Made by a program: the position numbers and the translations under genes
From: Zygnema circumcarinatum SAG 698-1b
Lineage: Eukaryota; Plantae; Zygnematophyceae
Direction of reading: 5' to 3'
Assembly: GCA_037447605.1 (NCBI GenBank)
Contig: CM074806.1
Location: forward strand, 2,976,001-3,040,000
DNA: 64,000 bases
Notes under the pieces: model-generated
Database searches by the model: none
What the model saw: the letters and a program-made list of their open reading frames with translations, nothing else
What the model was told of the DNA's origin: nothing
Part shown: positions 1-28,121 of the stretch, in pieces
How the letters are laid out: each line of letters opens with the position of its first letter
Numbering within the stretch: position 1 is the first letter of the stretch

Positions 1-1532
1 GAGAGATAAAGAGGGAATGTCTGCGATGGAGAGCGGAGAGAGAGAGAAGCTGATGGAATAGAGGAGAGAAGCGATTAAGAAGGAGAGGGAGAAGACAGAG
101 GCTGCATGGGAGTGTTAAGGTGGAGGGCGATGGGAAAGAGAGGAGAGTGAGAGGGGCTTGGCGATAATTTAGGAGTATGGCGTTAATCTTTGTAGTCGGA
201 CGTGATCTTTTTACGGCCTCACTTCTTTGGGCTTCTATGTTTAAGGTTTCATCCTCCCCTTTGTTGTTTTTCTAGAGAGTAGAGAGTCTTACCAGGAGGG
301 GTCCGGCAGACGGTCGGAAGAGTCCGACCGTGGTTGTGGAGAAGGCGAGCCCTCCGAGGTCCCAGTCAATGAGCGCCCACACAGCGAACGTCTGCAGGAG
401 CAGCGCAAAGCAAAGCCCGCGCGGGCGGGCGAGCGAGCGAGATGAGGAGGCGCTGGAAGAGGGTCGGCCGCTTGGAAGCCGCAAGGGAGGAAAGGGGAAG
501 ACGAGGGGTCCGGGTTTGCAATTCAAAATTGCGGCATCTGACGTCAGGTATCGGCGATCTACCCGCGCCGTTCGCAGCCTTTTTTTAAGTTTGAGACCCC
601 CCCGCGCGGGCGAAGTTGGTCATCGCGCCTTTGGAAATTGGTCATAACGCAAGAACGCGCGAGGGTGATAGCCACGCCGCTGGCCACGCATCACGGTTAC
701 GTCGGGCTGTAGACCGTGAAGTTGACTCCGAAAAACTGGTAATCGTATTGCCTTGGTAATTGGTAATCGCTTTTAAGTCCGAGACCCCAATATTTTCGCT
801 TCCAATTTTGCCGAAATCCACTTTTTGTACCTGGTGAACTTTAGGTGCCAGATCGTCTGCATAACCCGCATCGCTCGTGACTATCTCACTAGCCGCTACG
901 GGCTTACGCGAACGCATTCTAATCTCCTCGCCAGGCCGCCAGAAGAGTGGGCGCCGCTTCTTCTCCCCGCCTTCTGACTTCGAGCACGATACGCATACCA
1001 TACGATACGGCCAATACGCATACTAAATCCCCCGATGGTTGATGATCTACAAGATGTAATGACAAGATATGCCAATGATATATCATCACGATAATGAGGC
1101 GCCGATGATGCCAAAGACGATACGGTACGATACGGGTACTAAGATGATAATGCACGGGCTCAACACATGAACTCTAACATAATATACTCAGTTTATTCGT
1201 AGAATACCTAACCTTATATATGCAATCTATTTTCGGCCATTTTGCCCTAACCGGTGGAAAATATGAGGACCCCTTTATCAGACAAAATTGCCAAGGCCAA
1301 GACGGTGATCTGGGCGACGCATTGACCTACCGATTGCCCTCCGCTAGATCCTTTGACCGGCCGTGTTCTTTTCGCCATTTTCCTACCGCCGCCCCGCATA
1401 CTGCTCGCTCGACATTCTCCGCTGACTCCACGCATGAGTGGTCCACATGGCACCACTTGATTCAGAGTCGGCTATCTCGAGGCTTACTCCATCGACGCTT
1501 TTCCGGCCGCTGTTTCGTTGATGCGGCTGGGC

Positions 1533-2180
1533 GCGAACAAAAATTGACGGAAAAGGAAAGTTACGAAGTCAACAGCCAACCTGGCCGTCACGCTGCCGCG
1601 ACCGCTACCGGGAGCGCTGTCGCGATGAACGACGCCGCCGGTGTCGCGACGCTGCTGCTGGCCGCTGCTCTTAGTCCACCCGCCAACGCGTGAACCCTCG
1701 TGATACTCCTTAGCTACGACATTGACGACGGCGATCTCGCCACGCGGGCTAACCGCCACGGCTAGTAAGAGAGCCACGCTGCCTTCGCCACCGCCGCGAC
1801 TTTCACTCGGGTTAGTGTCTCCGCCTTTGATGGGCTGGGTCGGCCGCTGCTGGCCGCATCTACACGCCGAGCGCGCTGTCGATGAATGACGCCGCTGGCT
1901 GCCGCGATGCGCTACAGGCATCTACGGGCGCCAACAAAATTGACGGAAAAGGAAAGCGCCGAAGTACTCCTGCCAGGTCGCTGGCGTCACCGGGAGTACT
2001 CGTTTAGTGTCGTAAACATAATGACGCTTGTTACGCTTGGTTTGGGTGGTATCAAACGTAACAAAAATTGACGGAAAAGGAAAGTTACGAAAAGTCACGC
2101 CAACCACCGCCGCTGCCTCGCGACCAGCTGGCCGTATGCGCGCTGTCGCATGAACGACGCCGCCGGTGTCGCGTGACGCT
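1533..2180. repeat. Degenerate dispersed direct repeat (three copies)
   Basis: The core AACAAAA(A)TTGACGGAAAAGGAAAG occurs at ~1536, ~1933 and ~2060. A second motif, ATGAACGACGCCGCCGGTGTCGCG, occurs at ~1625 and ~2150, with a variant near 1885. Confidence 0.7.
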
Positions 2181-2654
2181 ACAAGCCGCTAATTTGCAAT
2201 CAGCTGCAACAATTATTGATTAATGATGACGCCACCATCCTCGCCATGGTGACACCGCCAGAAGTCGCGGACGCCAAGCAGAGGCCGCTACGCACACTGT
2301 AAGCCGCTTCGGTATTGTCAACCGACAAATACAATCCCAGCGACATTAAAAAACGTGAAAAGAGAGAGCCTCAATAGAGCCAACAGAGCCGCTTCAGTTC
2401 CTCAGACGATCGCCGACGACGCTTCGATGATCAAAACAAATACGAACAACCATGATATCATCTTTCCTCAGTGCTTCACCTCTCCGGACTTCCATTTCTA
2501 CACCGCTCTACCAAGAGTTGGCTGTGGTGCTTACGCCGCTTTGTTCCACCCATCAGAATTCAACACTTGCGTCGCCGCTGGGTTTCCGCTTTCACGTCAT
2601 AGTTTACCGGGCCGATTTCTTCCTACCGTAGAAACCAAATGACCGACAAATAAT

Positions 2655-2885
2655 GATTGGTGGAGGAGGAGGAGGAAAGAGAAGGAGGAGGAAGGAACAT
2701 GGAGTGTGGTGAAAGGGAGAATGGTGGAAGGGCGAAGGAAGAAAAAGGAGAGGGTGTTGAGGAAGGAGGAGGAAGGAGGGTGTTAAGGAGGAAGGCGGAG
2801 GAAGGAACATGGAGAGTGGTGAGAGGGAGAATGGTGAAGGGCGGCGAAGAAGTTGAAGAGGGTGTTGAAGAAGGATGGAGGCTAC
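2655..2885. repeat. GA-rich low-complexity tract with a ~110-bp internal duplication
   Basis: GGAGGAAGGAACATGGAG(T/A)GTGGTGA(A/G)AGGGAGAATGGTG occurs at ~2688 and ~2797. Confidence 0.65.
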
Positions 2886-3250
2886 TAACTAACAAGTCAC
2901 CGGGCCGGGCCAAATTGGCCGGCCAAACCGTGAGTCCGTCATTAAGCAATTCACAAATTGCCGCCACCAGGAGTCTGCCTGGCTGGGCCTGCCGGGTCGG
3001 GCCTCACAGGAGTCCGCCTGTCACTACTTCGAAACAGCCTGTTTCAAGCAGTCCGGGCCGGGCCCTTCGACTTTAAAGACCGGGTCATATGGAAATTATT
3101 TAAATTGTCGGCCAGTTTGCCAGTCCTATGGACTTTAAAGACTTGTCAAATGGAAATTATGAAAATTATGAAAATTCTGGAAAATATGGAAATCATCGAA
3201 TAAGGTTCGTTGTTACGCTTACTTTCAAGTATTGTTTAAAGAAATAACCC

Positions 3251-3482
3251 CGATTGATTTCGAAGGACCTCGTCCCCGAGATGATGATTTTCGCAAAGAT
3301 AAAAAGTCAGAATTATATGATTATAATCAAAAAAGGTTCAGACTTACACTCTCACTCATGTGTTCTATACTCCACAACCCCCTCGATTGATTTCTCGTAT
3401 GACCCGTCCGAGATAATGATGTTCGAAAGATTGAAAAAACGTCACAATATATGATCCTAATCAAAAAAGGTTTGTACTTCAC
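3251..3482. repeat. Two-copy degenerate tandem repeat (~130 bp)
   Basis: The pattern CGATTGATTTC...CCGAGAT(G/A)ATGAT...ATATGAT..TAATCAAAAAAGGTT occurs twice (~3251-3340 and ~3384-3472). Confidence 0.6.
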
Positions 3483-3509
3483 ATTCCCATTCTTCACTTC
3501 ATTCAGCAG

Positions 3510-5238
3510 CCTATTTTTTTTTTTTTTTTTTTTTCCCTGTGATTGTGTTTGTGTGTGTGTGTATTTTCGTGTGTGACTTTCACAAAAAAAAAAGAAAAAA
3601 AACACACTAATTAATATAACATGAGGCCTAATGTTGTAATATTTAGCTGGTTTTTTTTTCTTTTTTTTCTTTTCCCAGTGACTGTTTTTGTTAATTTGTA
3701 TTTTTGCGTGTGTGCTTTTTCCAAACAAAAAAAAAAAAATGAATCAAATCCACTAATACAACTGCGGAGGGGCAGGACGGTAGTTTAAATTCACCTTCCA
3801 CCCTTCTCCCTCTTCACCTGCCCATGGAAATCTCTCCTCGGTGCCCTCAAGCAAGTAAAGACTCTCACTCATTTTTCACTCACGCATACACAACACACGA
3901 GAGGCGGAATAGAAAACGAGGAGAAAGCTCCCGCCCTAAAACTCCTTTATGATGACAAGTTTCCAACTCAAGCCCCCATATACTAAGCTTTCACATGATC
4001 ACTTCCACCTTCACGCCAGGTACCACACACCCGAGACTCTCAAAGGTCCACCTCGCTGCCAAAGCCATGCCTTCAAACCGCCATAGCCTCAGAATGCATA
4101 TCGCTAGCGTTTCAACTTACACCCACTCTCAAATATATAAGATGGGGCTGTGATGTGACCATGTCACGTCACACGCGCCGACCATGCATGCAACAAATCT
4201 TATTCAAACAACCTAAATAAACTACTTCGTGTCTGCTATGCATAAGACACCCACCGCACCCACTCAACACCACCGCTCTTAACCCAGATGGCTACGATTC
4301 TTACCGCCGAAGCTGAACTTCCCGTCAGCCACCCACAAGGACTATCTTCCAGACAGCAAAGTAGGCTCCGCCGACTCCACCGACTTCGCCGCCTTTTGCC
4401 GCCGCATCAGTCCACGATTCCGTACGCCAGGACCGATTCCTCGGCGCGGTACCAAATGTCGGACTCCGGCCGTACTGTCCGTACCGACCGTACGGTCCGT
4501 ACGGTCCATACTATCCGTACGGTTGCGCGGTCGGTCTCGCCGCCGCGCGCACGCTGAAGTAAGTCCGTCCCCATACATGTCACACCTAGAAGCACACCCC
4601 TAGGAACTAAGCGCCAACACAAACATGCTAATCTGAACTAACTATGTACACTAACAACAACATGGGGCCTCATGTTGTAATATTAAGAATGATTATGTTT
4701 TTTTTTGTTTTTTGTTTTTTTTTTTTTTTTTCCTGTGATTGTGTTTGTGTGTGTGTGTATTTGCGTGTGTGACTTTCACAAAAAAAAAGAAAAAAAAACA
4801 CACTAATTAATACAACATGAGGCCTAATGTTGTAATATTTAGTTTTTTTTTCAGTACGGTACGTTGTACGGAGATCTCCGTGGTGCGCTGAGCGCCACGG
4901 TGGCTGTAGCGTTTCGCTAGTGTGCGTTTGTGTGTCTATGTTTTTTTTGTTTTTTTTTTGATTTTTAAACAAACAAAAAAAAAAAAGACATCTCAATATT
5001 ACAACATCAGGCCAAATGTTATAATATTAAGATTGTTTTTTTTTTTTTTCCCTGTGACTGTGTTTGTGTGTGTGTGTATTTGCGTGTGTGACTTTTACAA
5101 AAAAAAAAAAAAAAAAAAACTTTCAATATTACAACATCAGGCCAAATGTTGTAATATTAAGATTTTTTTTTTTTTTTTTTTTTTTGATTGTGTTTGTGTG
5201 TGTGTTATTTGCGTTTTTTTTTTTTTTTCAATATTTGC

Positions 5239-5273
<35 letters not shown>

Positions 5274-5400
5274 CCCGTGATTGTGTTTGTTGTGTGTGTT
5301 TGTATTTGATTTTTAAAAAAAAAAAAAAAAAAAAAAAATAGAATCAAACTAATTAATACAACATGAGGCCTCATGTTGTAATATTTAGATTGATTATGTT
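3510..5400. repeat. Interrupted ~130-bp satellite: polyT, TG-rich block, polyA, 24-bp palindrome
   Basis: Six copies of a palindrome, perfect at 5357-5380 (TACAACATGAGGCCTCATGTTGTA), with variants near 3616, 4658, 4811, 5000 and 5130. Each is linked to polyT-CTGTGATTGTGTTTGTGTGTG...-polyA blocks. Non-satellite inserts lie at ~3763-4648 and 4851-4920. Confidence 0.8.
4288..4562 (+). other. Candidate small Pro/Tyr/Gly-rich protein gene, possibly frameshifted (unproven)
   Basis: A CA-rich leader ends in ATGGCT at 4288. A different frame (4365-4562) reads APPTPPTSPPFAAASVHDSVRQDRFLGAVPNVGLRPYCPYRPYGPYGPYYPYGCAVGLAAARTLK*. No single clean ORF joins the two. Confidence 0.25.
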
Positions 5401-5459
5401 TTTTTTTGGTTTTTTTCCCATTTTAGGGCTACGTGGCAACACCTGACTGGATAAGCATT

Positions 5460-5732
5460 TGATCCGACGAAACGCACAACCAATCAGGACGCGCGACGTG
5501 GCAACGTCCGACTCGTGGCAGCAGACACTCTTTCCCCACTCAACGCTCCTCCGACCTCCTAACCACAACCATACACCACATAAAACATCAAAATCAAACG
5601 CCGTCGTACATAGAAAACGACACGTGGCAATGACAGAATAAGTACGCAATATACCCCATTTTCTGCGCATTCGATCCAATGAAACGCACAACCAATCAGG
5701 TCGCGCGACGTGGCAACGTCAGACTCGCGGCA
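5460..5732. repeat. Two-copy ~60-bp direct repeat containing ACGTGGC
   Basis: GATCC..GAAACGCACAACCAATCAGG(A/T)CGCGCGACGTGGCAACGTC(C/A)GACTCG occurs at ~5461 and ~5673. Confidence 0.75.
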
Positions 5733-5834
5733 ACTATACCCCATTTTCATTAAATTAATCTTTCACAACATAATCGAACCCGTCGTACGGATCAAAACGA
5801 TGACAAAGCTTTCACAGATCGGACCATTAGACAA

Positions 5835-6220
5835 ACCAGTCGACTGGTTGGCAACCAGTGGTTGCGGACCGAAACAACCATTCGACTGGTTGGCAACCAG
5901 TGGTTGCGGACCGAAACAACCATTCGACTGGTTGGCAACCAGTGGTTGCGGACCGAAACAACCATTCGACTGGTTGCCAACCAGTGGCTCAGGACCGAAA
6001 CAACCATTCGACTGGTTTGGAACCAGTGGATGCCACTGGTTGGCAACCATTCGACTGGTTGCCAACCAGTGCCGCCGGATCGAAACAACCATTCGACTGG
6101 TTTGGAACCAGTGGATGCCACTGGTTGGAAACCAGTCGACTGGTTGCGAACCAGTGGCGCAGGACTGAAACAACCATTCGACTGGTTCGGAACCAGTGAT
6201 CCAATGGTTGGCAACCATTG
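5835..6220. repeat. 42-bp tandem array, block 1
   Basis: Unit CCATTCGACTGGTTGGCAACCAGTGGTTGCGGACCGAAACAA starts at 5878, 5920, 5962 and 6004, followed by shorter variants. Confidence 0.9.
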
Positions 6221-6484
6221 AATTTCTGAAATTATGCCTTTTTGCAAAAATGGGTCGTATGTGTTTTTTGGTGGGTTGCCAACCGTTGACAACTAGTGTA
6301 ACAAGCCTGATGCGTACAGATGTGTACGGATTCGTACAGCCGAGTCGTACGGTTGTACGGGAATTCTGTACGGCCGAACCGTAATAGTTTTCTCCGAAAC
6401 GCCGACGGCATTTTGGTAACTGTAGCGTTCAGTTCGCTACAACTAGTGATTTAATGGTTGCCAACCATTTGATTTAATGGATAT

Positions 6485-6860
6485 AACCATTCGACTGGTT
6501 GCCAACCAGTGCCGCCAGATCGAAACAACCATTCGACTGGTTGGCAACCAGTGGTTGCGGACCGAAACAACCATTCGACTGGTTGCCAACCAGTGCCGCC
6601 AGATCGAAACAACCATTCGACTGGTTTGGAACCAGTGGATGCCACTGGTTGGCAACCAGTCGACTGGTTGCCAACCAGTGGATCCACTGGTAGGCAACCA
6701 TTCGACTGGTTGCCAACCAGTGCCGCCAGATCGAAACAACCATTCGACTGGTTTGGAACCAGTGGATGCCACTGGTTGGCAACCAGTCGACTGGTTGCCA
6801 ACCAGTAGACGTCCAACCATTGCCATCCAATGGTTGTCCAATGGTTGCCGATCCACTGGT
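6485..6860. repeat. 42-bp tandem array, block 2 (same orientation as block 1)
   Basis: The same unit and its variants (…CCAGTGCCGCCAGATCGAAACAA…, …CCAGTGGATGCCACTGG…). Confidence 0.9.
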
Positions 6861-7324
6861 CCGAACTGTGAAAGCTTTTGCCTACGGCAACGCAAAAAAC
6901 GACGCGAGGGAAGGCCAACCGACCGTACGATAGTCACAGTCTAAATTCGTACATTTTGTACGAATATGTACGGACAGTACAATTCACGCAACAGTCCATG
7001 GAACGTTCAAATTTGTGTGATTCGAAGTCGGCAGTTGATCCACGTCGAAAGGAATCAGAATCGTTTACCGTACAGAGCGGCAGTGGAACTGCGGAGAAGA
7101 TGACCCCGATCGCTAAATGTTGATCCAGACCACGCATCCCGGCCCTTTCCAGGCTGTCGGGTCGCCTTCGTTCCCAGCTGTCGCTCTCCGCCTCACAGCG
7201 TGCGCCCGCCATGGATGAGGACGGGCCGGTGCTTGCCCAGACTGCCCCTCCTCACACCTCATGCAAACCCTAAATTACCTGACAAGGTCAATCAAGGGAC
7301 AAGTTATTCGTCCAGAACGGCTCC

Positions 7325-25488
<18,164 letters not shown>

Positions 25489-25603
25489 ATTAAAGGCTGT
25501 CCTGGACCCTGCGGTCTCGGCGATTTAGCAATGCTGTTAAGGACGGTTCTCTTGAAAAATGGGAGAATTCTTTAAGTTGTTGGACATAATCATGTTAAAG
25601 AAA

Positions 25604-26314
25604 GGAAAATGATACGTCCCCCCCCCCCCTTCCTTTTTGGGTTATCCCGCCCCGTTTGTTTTGAAATCCCGGCCTCCCATTTTGGCTATTCCGCCCTCTG
25701 TTTTGGATATCCCGCCCTTCCCCATTTTGGATGTTCACCCCCCTGTTTTCTCCTTCTCACACATCAGCGCAACGTCCGTAACGACACATTCACAGAGAGA
25801 GAGCGGAGGAGAGAGAGCAGAGGGGGGAGAGAGCAGAGGGGAGAGAGAGCAGAGGAGAGAGCAGAGGAGAGAGACTAGAGGAGGGAGCAGAGGAGAGAGA
25901 GCAGAGAGAGAGAGAGTAGAGAAGAGAGAGAGAGCAGAGGAGAGAGAGAGAGCAGAGGGGAGGGGAGAGAGCAGAGGAGAGCAGAGGGAGAGAGCGCAGA
26001 GGAAAGAGAGAGCAGAGAGAGAGAGAGAGAGAGAAAAAGAAAGCAAGCAGGCCAACCATTACATCATCACAAAGCTTCACACCCACCGAAAGAAAAGAAA
26101 AAAAAAGAGAATAAAAAGTTCTTAAATATTGAAAAACTCGACAAGTGTCTGCGCATTTGAAGCCTGCAAGCTGCCAAACTAGCTACACCTAAGTGGAAAT
26201 TGCAAACCGAGAAGAGGAGGGGAGGGGAGGGGAGGGAAAGCCAAAATGGGAGGGCGGGATTTAAAAAAAAATGAGACGGGATGACCCAAAAATGGGGGCG
26301 AAGTATCGTTTTCC
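25604..26314. mobile_element. Non-autonomous Mutator-like element with an internal GA-rich tract
   Basis: Imperfect TIRs of ~80 bp run GGAAAA(T/C)GATAC…TTTTTGGG(T/C)ATCCCG…CTCCCATTTTGGC. TAAAGAAA is an exact 8-bp TSD (25596-25603, 26315-26322). It belongs to the same family as 48865-49593, in opposite orientation. Confidence 0.8.
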
Positions 26315-26673
26315 TAAAGAAAAAGGATCTAGCTGTATTGTTTGCTGTCCTTCACTTACCATTTTGGTTCCCGCTTTGTTCATACGCGTCTTTGAAGAAA
26401 ATGGTCTTGGCATTGATCTCACGATGGCGATGCCATCAAATGTATAATGGACATAACCAACAACATGGAGAACCACGAGGAGCCGCTCACAAATGACCCA
26501 CCACTTGTTCGCGAATCCGCGTCCAAGCGTCCTTCGATGTGAGCTTCGCTGTCCGCAGTTGAATGGGACCGAACGGCACTGAACGGGGCCGCACAGGCTT
26601 GGAATGCTTACTGCGAACAACGCACATGAATCTGCCGTACCGTGGTGACGGAGGGCGCGAAGGGCTCGGCGGA

Positions 26674-27625
26674 TGGTAGTGCTAAATTCACACCTTTTTT
26701 GTCTAGACACAGACCTTTTGTTCGCCGGGCAGATTGTAAAATACTGTAGACATAAAAGGATTAAAAACGGATAATGCTTTTTTCACACCTTTTTGGAATC
26801 GAAAAACACCTTTTTCCGTGGGGCAGATTTTACTTTTGCAATCCGCACGAAGCGGAAGATCCGTCCGCCACGAGATCGTTTGCGGGTGTCCGTCCTTTGC
26901 ACTTGTGGAGAATCTCCGCCGTCGACTCTCTCGCACATCGCACCACGGCAGATCACCGTTGGATCTGCAGCCGGGCTCGCTCCTAGCGAATGGCACGTGC
27001 CCACGTGTCCCGCCAAAGTCGGCTCACACTTGCGAGTGCGTGCGTCCCGCGGCCCGAGATCTCCGCAAAATTATGAGCTGGACCGGCCAGCCTGCGGCGG
27101 CTCGCTAATGGATAACGAACAGCCAATCGCCATCACGTGTCATTTTGTTGACAAATTGTGATTGGTACAGGCTTTCAATGTACGGTATTTCACCTTTCTT
27201 CGAAGCTGCGACCGTACGACGCTTGTTACCAAGCCCCTTTTGAGCCTGTTTTGGCGGGACACGCGGGCATGTGCTATTCGCTGGGATCGAGCCCGGCTGC
27301 AGATCCAACGGTGATCTGCCGTGGTGCGATTTGCGAGAGAGTCGACGGCGGAGATTTACCGCACGGGTGAAGGACACACACCCGCGAATGATCTTGTGGC
27401 GGACGGATCTTCCGCTCCGAGCGGATTTGGGCAGGCCGATATTTTTTTCTCTCAAAAAAAAAAAAAACAGGCGTAAAATCTTCCAGTCAGAAAAAGGTGT
27501 GTATCGATTCCAAAAAGGCGTGCAAAAAGCACTTTCCGTTTTTAATCCTTTTTTGCTATTTTAAAATCTGCCCGGCGAAAAAAGGTCTGTGTCTTGACAA
27601 AAAAGGTGTGAATTTAGCACTTCCG
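26674..27625. mobile_element. Long-TIR (foldback/Mutator-like) non-autonomous element
   Basis: Inverted arms of ~340-380 bp start (T/C)GG(T/A)AGTGCTAAATTCACACCTTTTT. TCGGCGGA is an exact 8-bp TSD (26666-26673, 27626-27633). Confidence 0.85.
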
Positions 27626-28121
27626 TCGGCGGAGGGCGGGATCACTGTACGGATACACCCGTTGATCCGTACGATATGACGTGACAATCCTTTCAAATTT
27701 TGTGGCTTCACAAATCACAACGGTCGTCGGAGGGAGGGACGGAGGGAGCCAGGTAGGGCCGCCGCTGCAAGAGCGGGGCGGGGCGGCAGAGGGAGAGGGA
27801 GAGGGAGAGGGAGATAGGGGAGAGAGCGAGACTCCATCTGACTTGGAGAGAGGGAGGGAGATTTCGCCTGATTACCATGACCTGTCGGCTGGTTATTTTG
27901 TAAATAGGAAGGAGGTCAGACTACAGTTTGGAAGCTCCGATTGTCGTTGCTCGACTTTTTCCAGGGTTTTCTGATGAACAGAACTTAAAATCGTCATTCA
28001 GCCATCGCAAGAACCTGAGTTTGGTTGTATGAGATGCGAAAATACGTTGTTATAACAAAAGAGATGAGTGTTGAGACACCTCGTGTATAAAACAAAACAT
28101 TCTTAGGCATAAATTATAGAA

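Larger units (their letters stand above)
5813..6870. mobile_element. Non-autonomous TIR element filled with a 42-bp palindromic minisatellite
   Basis: The left end CACAGATCGGACCA (5813) and right end TGGTCCGAACTGTG (to 6870) match 13/14 as inverted repeats. AAAGCTTT flanks both sides (5805-5812, 6871-6878). An 8-bp TSD would fit hAT, but the octamer is itself palindromic. Confidence 0.65.

Noticed and set aside
272-526. Minus-strand 84-aa ORF with a hydrophobic stretch
   Set aside because: It has no ATG start. A GTAAGA donor at 292 suggests a 5' exon of a gene leaving the window to the left, but no product can be supported.
5835-6860. CRISPR array
   Set aside because: The repeats are palindromic, but the intervening sequences are recurring variants of one unit rather than unique spacers. 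There are no cas genes and the context is eukaryotic.
5710-6944. Many overlapping ORFs with FDWLATSG/TTIRLVAN repeats
   Set aside because: All six frames are open because the 42-bp unit lacks stops; there is no coding asymmetry.
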